Shown here piece by piece: positions 1 through 7,217 of a stretch of 10,849 nt of DNA. The stretch is from the NCBI RefSeq assembly GCF_006345805.1, contig NW_021827163.1, positions 1 to 10,849 of the forward strand, written 5' to 3'. Position numbers and translations under genes: made by a program. Every line of letters begins with the position of its first letter. The stretch's first letter is position 1. The stretch comes from Octopus sinensis (lineage: Eukaryota). The notes under the pieces were generated by a model. It saw only the letters and a list, made by a program, of their open reading frames with translations. It was not told the origin of the DNA and made no database searches.

Positions 1-493
1 TCTTTTCTTTCGTTTGGTTTGATTTGAGGGGTTTTGTCCGCCCACAGAGACCGCCATTTGCATTTTGCTTACCTGGTGTATATTTTTATCAATAAAATAA
101 GTGATCAACGCAGAATTTCAGAAAAAGGAAAAGCTATTTCCTCAATATATTCGAATTGTCTTCTTTGGTAATGAAATTTGGCAATTGAACCGTTCTTGTC
201 AACGTCAGCGCATGCTCATACGATTTGTTTTGTTTTGTTTTTTTCTGTTCGTTTTTCTCGTGCGATCCACTGATTTGACATATTGCTATAATTTAACAAA
301 ATGGTTGCTGTTAGGGGAAAGACGTTAGACTGGAATTTCAGAAAGATATCTTGTAGCTTCAAAAGATATGAAACTTAACAATCAGCTACATAATTCGTTT
401 TCCACGGTGGAGCTTGAAGCTGATAAATCTATAAATAATAGACTATACATATTGGCATCAAATTTTCACACATGGCCAGCAATTTTAAGGATA

Positions 494-554
494 GGGTTAA
501 GTTGATTACATCAACCCCAAAAGTTTCGAGCATTTGCGTGGAGTAGAAAAGAAT
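494..554. mobile_element. Decayed relic of SINE family A made of two fragments in opposite orientation
   Basis: 494-519 (GTTAAGTTGATTACATCAACCCCA) matches the minus-orientation hairpin part of family A (compare 4888-4909) with CpG decay. 515-554 (CCCCAAAAGTTTCGAG...GAGTAGAAAAGAAT) matches the plus-orientation tail seen at about 4543-4579. Confidence 0.55.
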
Positions 555-603
555 ATATACTGACTTCAAACTAACCTGGTCCCTGTTTTACTTATAGTAT
601 GAA

Positions 604-747
604 GCTGATACTTATTTTATCGATCCCCCAAAAGGATGAGAAAGGTTGACCACGGTGGCGTTTGAACCCAAATGTAAAGACGACAAATTGCTGCTAAGCA
701 TTTTTTTTTTACACCGGTTGCTAACGATTCTGCCAGTCCACCGCCTT
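604..747 (-). mobile_element. tRNA-derived SINE family A, diverged copy (head plus central domain, no tail)
   Basis: Minus strand has A box TGGCAGAATCG (735-725) and B box GGTTCAAACGCC (668-657), then the central domain homologous to 2370-2425. Confidence 0.85.
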
Positions 748-770
748 CCCTTCTATACAAAATATATCTT

Positions 771-1491
771 CCAAATTTTGGCATCGACCCAAGTATGCAA
801 CTGGTACTTATTTTATTGATCCTGAAAGTATTAAAGGAAAAGTCGACCAAGTTGGAAGGTAATGGCGGACGAAATGCCGCTAAGCATTTTATCCCGGCGT
901 GCTAACAATTCTTTTCTACTCTAGGCACAACGCCCGAAATTTTGGGGGAGGGGGCCAGTCAATTAGATCAACCCCAGTACGCAACTGGTACTTATTTTAT
1001 TGATCCTGAAAGTATTAAAAGCAAAGTCGACCACGCGGAAGGTAATGGCAGACGAAATGCCGCTAAGCATTTACCCTGGCGTGCTAACGATTCTTTTCTA
1101 TTCAAGGCACAACGCCCGAAATTTTGGGGGAGGGGGGGCAGTCAATTAGATCAACCCCAGTGCGTAACTGGTACTTAATTTATCGACCCCGAAATGATGA
1201 AAGGCAAAGTCGACCTCGACGAAATTTGAACTCAGAACGTAGAGACAGGCGAAATACCTATTTCTTTATTACCCACAAGGGGCTAAACATAGAGGAGACA
1301 AACATGGACAGACATAGGTATTAAGTCGATTATATCGACCCCAGTGCGTAACTGGTACTTAATTTATCGACCCCGAAATGATGAAAGGCAAAGTCGACCT
1401 CGGCGAAATTTGAACTCAGAACGTAGAGACAGGCGAAATACCGCTAAGCATTTCGCCCGACGCGCTAACAATTCTGCCAGCTCACCGCCTT
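771..1491 (-). mobile_element. Head-to-tail array of four SINE family A units (period about 184 nt)
   Basis: The anchor (C/T)AACTGGTACTTA recurs at 798, 982, 1165 and 1349. Only the rightmost unit keeps a full head (ending CCGCCTT at 1491). The units at about 771-912 and 908-1094 lack the B box. Junctions are at 908-912, 1090-1094 and 1258/1259. Confidence 0.92.
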
Positions 1492-1786
1492 TCTTTCTAT
1501 GTTAAATATAATTAACACTAACTTAGTTCTCTCTCTTCCTCTCTGACTTTTTTTCTCTGCCTAAGCTTACCGCAGTAATTCCTGCTCAGCTCTTAATACC
1601 CAAGAGGAAATAAGCTAACAGTAATCTCCCTTGCTCATCACACGTCAGTTATTTCGGATTCTCTATCTGTCTGTCGTTCGCATCACTCCGTTATTTTTAT
1701 TTCGCTGTTTTATATAAACTATATTAAATAAATTATGTCTCTATCTCTGTTTATCTCTCCGCCATCCCCATATGAATATTTCTAGC

Positions 1787-1850
1787 TTGCTATTTAATAT
1801 GCTCTAATTAAATATATGCCCTAATTAAATATGCATCCTAATTAAATATG
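1787..1850. repeat. 17-bp minisatellite, about 3.5 copies, core CTAATTAAATAT
   Basis: CTAATTAAATAT starts at 1804, 1821 and 1838 (exact 17-nt spacing), with a degenerate copy just upstream. Confidence 0.85.
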
Positions 1851-1932
1851 TAAACGCTATCTCAATTTTCTGTCTCATAATAATTATCTTTAACTAAAGT
1901 TTAATTCTCCAGCCATTAACTTGACAGTGAAT

Positions 1933-2265
1933 ACACATGGCTCGGTGGTAAGGCTATTCGGCTCACGACTATAAGGCCCGTGGGTTCGATTCTTGGCGGC
2001 GCGTTGTGTCTTTTGAGCAAGACGTTTTATTTCACTTTATTTCCAGTCCACTCAGCTAGCAAATATGCATAGTACCTTTAATTCAAAGGACCAGCCTTGT
2101 CACACATTCTTTGCCACACAGAATCTCCCTAGGATCTACGTTAAGGGCACGCTGTGTCTGTGGAGTCCTCAACCACTTGGAGTTTAATTACTTTAAATTC
2201 ACAGAACGGGTTGTTCGGTTGATCGGGGCAACTGGAACCCTCGTCATCATGACCGACGGAGTGAC
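1933..2265 (+). mobile_element. tRNA-derived SINE family C, apparently full length
   Basis: A box TGGCTCGGTGG (1938-1948) and B box GGTTCGATTC (1983-1992). These are followed by a GTGTCTTTTGAGCAAGAC...CCAGTCCACTCAGCT...AGTACC segment of the kind found in conserved SINE central domains (superfamily not assignable by eye). The 3' boundary is inferred from the adjacent target-site duplication. Confidence 0.8.
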
Positions 2266-2283
2266 AGAGATCTCTAAAAAGAT

Positions 2284-2700
2284 TAAGGCGGCGAGCTGGC
2301 AGAGCCGTTAGCACGCCGGGCGAAATGCTTAGCAGTATTTCGTCTGCCGTTACGTTCTGAGTTCAAATTCCGCCGAGGTCGACTTTGTCTTTCATCCTTT
2401 CGGGGTCGATAAATTAAGTACCAGTTATGCACTGGGGTCGATGTAATCGACTTAATCCGTTTGTCTGTTCTTGTTTGTCCTCTCTGTGTTTAGCCCCTTG
2501 TGGGCAATAAAGAAATAGGTATTTCGTCTGCCGTTACGTTCTGAGTTCAAATTCCGCCGAGGTCGACTTTGCTTTTCATCCTTTCGGGGTCGATAAATTA
2601 AGTACCAGTTACGCACTGGGGTCGATGTAATCGACTTAATCCGTTTGTCTGTCCTTGCTTGTCTCCTCTATGCTTAGCCCCTTGTGGGTAGTAAAGAAAT
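2284..2700 (+). mobile_element. Dimeric SINE family A insertion with target-site duplication
   Basis: Unit 1 has A box 2297-2307, B box 2359-2371, central domain and tail. At 2517/2518 it joins unit 2, which starts internally (no A box, B box 2543-2555). Flanked by ATCTCTAAAAAGAT at 2270-2283 and 2705-2718 (14 bp exact; 17/18 over 2266-2283 vs 2701-2718). Confidence 0.95.
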
Positions 2701-3074
2701 AGATATCTCTAAAAAGATGCGATGGTCAAGGCTAGAACGCCTTTATCAGTAGATCAATTCGATGAATATTAATCTTGGACGAAACAATATCAACGATCAA
2801 AATCTTACCCCACCCCCATTTATTTAACAGTTACCCCTATCTCTCCCAACTTGCCCTCTTCGTTCGTATCATCACTCTTCCCTCTCACATTTATTTCTAA
2901 AACCATCGTTTCATAAATTAAAGAAAACAAAAACAAAAACATAAACAAAAATCGCTGAAGAGGAAATTTGCTTTCATTTCCAAAATCGAAGCTCCCTTGT
3001 GAGATTCTCGCTTCTTATCGGCTTCCATAGATCATTTTATTTTCTGCTACCATACCTCACATTCTTTTTCTCAG

Positions 3075-3335
3075 CCGCCACCGTCATCGCTCTCAACCCG
3101 CCTTTCTCGATGCTTTTTGCCGTCCCCAGCACAGACGCCGCCGAGGCCACCGCCACCGCCACCATCTGCTCCTGCAACTTCTTAAACCGACCAATGGGAA
3201 GAAAGGTCGATCTGTTTATCGTTTTCATCAGTGACTTTCAACAGAGTCAAGCAACTGGAGCTGCAGTATATATCTTCATGTTATCATATTATTATATAAG
3301 GCCAGCGGCAATGGCGGCCATGTTTCAATTGGCGC
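3075..3335. other. CpG/GC-rich unique island; candidate exon or promoter, unresolved
   Basis: GC and CpG are locally high against AT-rich flanks. Plus-strand acceptor TTCTTTTTCTCAG ends at 3074. Minus-strand donor GAG|GTATGG is at 3056/3055. TATATAA, CCAAT and ATGGCGGCCAT motifs lie at about 3190-3332. No recognisable protein. Confidence 0.3.
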
Positions 3336-3412
3336 TGTGCGTGTGTATGCATATGTATGTATACGTGTTTGTGTTTCTGTCTGTGTGTTCTATGTCTCTT
3401 CGTATGTAACTG

Positions 3413-3420
3413 TATATATA

Positions 3421-3463
<43 letters not shown>

Positions 3464-3507
3464 ATATATTATATAATATATATATATATATAATATTATA
3501 TAATTTA

Positions 3508-3548
<41 letters not shown>

Positions 3549-3663
3549 GATATATATATATATATATATGCTATATATATATATATATATAGCTGATATA
3601 TTATATATATATATTATATATATATATATATATATGTATATTATATATGTATATATATATATA

Positions 3664-3702
<39 letters not shown>

Positions 3703-3721
3703 TATATATGTATAATATATT
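3413..3721. repeat. Long imperfect (TA)n microsatellite
   Basis: About 300 nt of TA repeats with phase shifts; source of the YIYI ORFs. Confidence 0.97.
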
Positions 3722-3918
3722 AGGTATGTACATGTTACCGTATGTATATTTGCAGGTATATATCTATATATGTCTGTTTGTATGTTTGCAATGTGCGACA
3801 ATATTCCTTATGTATGGGTATATGCATGTGTGTATATTATTGTGTGTACGTATGTGTGTTTGCATGTGTGTGTCTATGTCTATTCCCCTGTTAATGTGTG
3901 TGTGTGTCTCTCTCTCTT

Positions 3919-3963
<45 letters not shown>

Positions 3964-4360
3964 TTGTGTGTGTATATAGGTATGTATATTTGCATGTATA
4001 TATTTGTCTGCATGTTTACAATGTGTGCAACAATATTCTTTTTGCATGTGTATATGCGTATGCGCGTATATTTGTGTGTGTCTCTGTCTCTGTGTTTCTA
4101 TGCACCTGTGTATTCGTATGTGCATACATATCTAGATGTGTAAATGTTGCCGTGTGTATATATGTATTTTGCGGTATGTATGCCAATGTTATGCCAGAGC
4201 GTGTTTCTGTGAGAGTGCGTATATAAACGAGTGTGTATGTGTGTGTGTGCGCACCTGTATGTGCCTATATGTTTGTATGTGAGTGTATGTACATATTTAG
4301 GTAAGTATGTATATAACTGTATATATTTTACCGTGTGTATATTTGTATCTATGTATATAG
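3722..4360. repeat. Degenerate (TG)/(TATG) low-complexity tract with embedded (TC)n, (TA)n and (TG)n at about 3895-3972
   Basis: Visible alternating dinucleotide and tetranucleotide composition. Confidence 0.9.
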
Positions 4361-4365
4361 ACTGC

Positions 4366-4579
4366 AAGGCGGCGAGTTGGCAGAATCGTTAACACGCCGA
4401 GCGAAATGCTTAGCTGTATTTCTTCTGTCTTTACGTTCTGAGTTCAAATTCCTCTGAGGTCGACTCTGCATTTTATCCTTTCGGGGTCGATAAATTAAGT
4501 ACCAGTGGCATACTTTGGTTGATGAAATCGATTAGCCCCCTCTCCCAAAATTTCGGGCTTTGTGCCTAGAGTAGAAAAG
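4366..4579 (+). mobile_element. SINE family A monomer with tail type 1 (CCCCCTCTCCCAAAATTTCGGG...GAGTAGAAAAG)
   Basis: Head AAGGCGGCGAGTTGGCAGAATCG, B box GAGTTCAAATTCC and central domain, colinear with 2285-2440. Confidence 0.93.
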
Positions 4580-4812
4580 TATATATATATGGGTGTCTTT
4601 TCTTACGTTATGGCTGCTCTGTGCGTGTGCGTGGGGGTGGGATCTATATATTCTTATGTATTAGTATGTGAATGTTTATCCATGTGTATATATGTAATTG
4701 ACTGTTTTTGCATGCTTATTTTCCGGTATGTATATTTATACCGGTGTCTGTATATTTCTATTATAGAAATGTGTGCCAATAATCTGTGCGTACATGCACA
4801 CGTCTGTGTATA
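4580..4812. repeat. Degenerate TA/TG low-complexity spacer
   Basis: Composition as in 3722-4360. Confidence 0.7.
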
Positions 4813-4823
4813 CGGAGGTATAC

Positions 4824-5042
4824 GTATTTCTTTACTACCCACAAGGGGCTAAACACAAAGGGGACCAACAAAGACAGACAAACGGATTAAGTCGATTACA
4901 TCGACCCCAGTGCGTAACTGGTACTTATTTCATCGACCCCGAAAGGATGAAAGGAAAAGTCGACCTCGGCGGAATTTGAACTCAGAACGTAGCGGCAGAC
5001 GTAGCTCGGCGTGCTAACGTTTCTGCCAGATAACTGCCTGTC
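4824..5042 (-). mobile_element. SINE family A monomer with tail type 2, an internal deletion between the A and B boxes, and a candidate 11-bp TSD
   Basis: Reverse complement matches 2287-2517 except for a gap of about 17 nt near 5001. CGGAGGTATAC occurs at 4813-4823 and 5043-5053. Confidence 0.92.
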
Positions 5043-5119
5043 CGGAGGTATACCATGCCGTGGAACTGAACCCGACATCACACAGTTGCTAATCGAGCGC
5101 CTTAACCAAATAGCCATGC
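5043..5119 (-). mobile_element. tRNA-like head fragment of a different SINE (family B)
   Basis: Minus strand GCATGGCTATTTGGTTAAGGCGCTCG...GGGTTCAGTTCCAC. A-box-like 5116-5106 and B-box-like 5072-5062, with tRNA-like spacing. Confidence 0.65.
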
Positions 5120-5359
5120 ATTAGGACGCTTATGTTTCAAGCTTTTGTTTTTTTAATTTTCACTTCAGTGCAGAGAGATTTGAGGGGGATTTTGCTGTTG
5201 TCTTTGAAACAAGGTCAACGACCGACTGTGTAGACATTTTGTTAACGTAGACGTTGGCACCTAAAGACTCGTAATGGTAGTTCTTCATTTGCCAATCAAT
5301 CTACAATCGGTTTCGCTTGAAAAATTAACCAAAAATCTGCGCAGACGATTTCTCAAAAC

Positions 5360-5520
5360 GATAAACAAACATAAACACCCACCCAAACACCCACCCAAAC
5401 ACGCACACACACATATATATATACACACACACACATATATATACACGTACACAAATATAATAAAACAACATCAAAACAGCAACAACAATAACAACAACAA
5501 CAACCAACAACAAAATAACA
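5360..5520. repeat. Degenerate (CA)/(TA) then (CAA)n simple repeats
   Basis: Direct inspection. Confidence 0.85.
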
Positions 5521-5895
5521 GAAATGAATAAATTTTCTTCGGACAAATTAACGAAAAATTCTAACAATTAAAAAAATAAAATGGTAATTAGTAATTTTGT
5601 CTGAAGACTTTTGAAGATTGTATATGTAAGAGGAATATTAAACGCGAACGAATTCAATTAGACTTAAATTGTCTTTGTTTTAGCGTTGTTTTTGTTGTTT
5701 TTCTTGGATTCTTTTTGTTGTTTGTTTTTGTTGGGTTTCTTCTCGATTCGTGTTATTTTTTGTGTTTTTTGTATTTTTGTATTTTCGTATATTGTTTCAC
5801 CGGAGTGAATGAAAATCAAAAGATAATAAAGAGAAGATGATAATAAAATTACGAAAATTCGTGTAAACTATTGAACGGTTCTGTAAACACAAAGA

Positions 5896-6147
5896 TACAC
5901 ACACACACACACACATACACAAACACACGCATAAACACACACTTAACGCACACCACACACGCGCATACATAAACACACACATAGACACATACACCCACAC
6001 ACATTTCTCTTTGTGCATCCCTGTGTCTCTCCCTCTGTCTCACAGTCTTTCTCTCTCTCTCACACACATTCTCTTTCTCTCCCTCTCCCTCTCTCTTACT
6101 CTCTCTCTCTTTCTCCCTATATATGTATACACAATCACACACACCCG

Positions 6148-6217
<70 letters not shown>
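5896..6217. repeat. Compound microsatellite (CA)n-(TC)n-(TA)n
   Basis: CA about 5896-6002, TC about 6003-6118, pure TA about 6148-6217. Confidence 0.95.
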
Positions 6218-6221
<4 letters not shown>

Positions 6222-6261
6222 TCATCATCCTCGTCGTCTCATCACCAATATTTTTATTATC

Positions 6262-6298
6262 AGTAGCAGCAGCAGCAGCAGTAGTAGTAGTGGTAATG

Positions 6299-6344
<46 letters not shown>

Positions 6345-6364
6345 CAGCAGCAGCGGCGGCAGCA
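6262..6364. repeat. (AGC)n/(AGT)n trinucleotide repeat
   Basis: Source of the poly-S, poly-V/A and poly-T/A ORFs. Confidence 0.95.
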
Positions 6365-6589
6365 TCATACTTACAGACTTTAAGTCGTCGGAGTGCAGCC
6401 GTACTAAGGATGTTGCGCTTGTATGTTTTAGTCAACCACAACCATTCTCCGGTATTCTTAAGTCTGTTACATAATTCATCAACTCTGTCGAGCTTCCATG
6501 TGTGGGACACAATGTAACTCAGCCTAAATACTGACATTATTTACATTATTTACATTTGACGGATATTTGTCCTCATCTTGTTTGTTGTT

Positions 6590-6635
6590 AACACAACGTT
6601 TCAGCTGATATACCCTCCAGCCTTCATCAGGTGTC
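6590..6635 (-). ncRNA. Minimal type I hammerhead ribozyme (Penelope-like-element style)
   Basis: Minus strand GACAC-CUGAUGA-A-GGCUG-GAGGGUAUAU-CAGCU-GAAAC-GU-U-GUGUU. Helix I is GACAC/GUGUU, helix II is GGCUG/CAGCU, and helix III is the loopless palindrome AC/GU. Predicted cleavage is after GUU, between 6595 and 6594. Confidence 0.85.
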
Positions 6636-6751
6636 TTGGAGAAATTTCGAACCTGGGTTCTCATTCCCAAGGCATTTTTCGATGGTATTATTATTATTAT
6701 TATTATTATCATTATTATTATTATTATCATTATCATTATTATTATTAATAT

Positions 6752-6820
6752 TCAGGTCACTGCCTGGAATCGAACTCGGAATCTTGGGGTTAGTAGCCCG
6801 CGCTCTTAACCACTACGCCA
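6752..6820 (-). promoter_or_regulatory. tRNA-derived head with internal Pol III promoter (not a complete tRNA)
   Basis: A box TGGCGTAGTGG (6820-6810) and B box AGTTCGATTCC (6776-6766). Anticodon-loop-like CTACTAA. No full acceptor stem. Confidence 0.85.
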
Positions 6821-7217
6821 AACAAGATGAGGACAAATATCCGTCAAATGTAAATAATGTAAATAATGTAGATAATTCCTCATCTCTTAAATATAGATCT
6901 AAATACCGACAGTTTCAAAGACACTGCCCTGGATGATTTTTAATTTGTAAATATTAGTTATCATTGGTCGATCATTAGTCAGCGGCTAATTAACGTGGTG
7001 GTTTAATTGGTATCGGTACTTGTGTAGGCCGAAAGAAATTAATTCATTTAGTCTGATTAATGTTTTAGCGTGGCTTTTGAGTAAGGGTAGCCTCTGAAGA
7101 ATTTCCTAAGAGTCGAAGGAAACGGGGTTTTTGTAAAGTTTAGCAGTATGAAAGATTTCCTGAAATACCGTAACGTAAGTTTTTAATCTTCAGTTCCTAG
7201 ACAATACTGCCAACTGT

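Larger units (their letters stand above)
6537..6898 (-). mobile_element. Composite non-autonomous retroelement: tRNA-like head, (AAT)n, hammerhead-containing 3' region, plus an inverted duplicate of its 3' segment
   Basis: TSD CTAAATAC(T/C)GACA at 6524-6536 and 6899-6911 (12/13; the mismatch is CpG to TpG). Perfect 51-bp inverted repeat at 6534-6584 and 6819-6869. Internal (TTA)n at about 6685-6750. Confidence 0.88.

Noticed and set aside
68-76. CTTACCTGG resembling the U1 snRNA 5' end
   Set aside because: The rest of U1 is absent; it is simply the complement of a consensus splice donor.
748-768. Similar flanks after two SINE heads (TTCTAT..AAATATA at about 751 and 1495)
   Set aside because: Low-complexity AT-rich match, not positioned as a clean TSD.
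617-1324. ORFs inside the SINE array
   Set aside because: They lie wholly in non-coding SINE sequence with no RT or endonuclease similarity.
771-1491. CRISPR-like repeat/spacer appearance of the array
   Set aside because: Units are whole SINE derivatives of about 184 nt without unique spacers, in a eukaryotic context with no cas genes.
1922-1930. Possible 9-bp TSD of family C (TGACAGTGA vs TGACAGAGA at 2262-2270)
   Set aside because: Short, mismatched and overlapping the TSD of the neighbouring dimer; cannot be distinguished from chance.
4296-4306. Perfect donor TAG|GTAAGT, and minus-strand donors near 1570 and 2808
   Set aside because: Isolated motifs with no matching acceptor or exon-like sequence; expected by chance.
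3337-4367. Long ORFs rich in YI, CV and HT dipeptides
   Set aside because: Pure translations of (TA)n and (TG)n repeats. The same applies to ORFs at 4562-4852, 5797-6160, 7903-8195 and 9798-10210.
5161-5345. Unique block checked for a microRNA hairpin; shares GATTTGAGGGG with 21-31
   Set aside because: No pre-miRNA-length stem or recognisable mature miRNA; an 11-mer match is expected by chance.
6011-6537. Overlapping 153-168 aa ORFs with poly-S, poly-V/A and poly-T
   Set aside because: Stop-free only because of the (TC)n, (TA)n and (AGY)n repeats; no recognisable domain in the unique part.
6752-6820. Possible tRNA gene
   Set aside because: A and B boxes are present but the anticodon and acceptor stems are incomplete; treated as a SINE head. 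The same holds for 1933-2000 and 5050-5119.
7094-7130. CUGAAGA...GAAACG hammerhead-like match
   Set aside because: Helix II is weak, there is no NUH triplet (GGG instead) and no helix I. Other CUGANGA hits (3231-3225, 5601, 7193-7187, 7782, 10038-10032) lack helix II plus GAAA.
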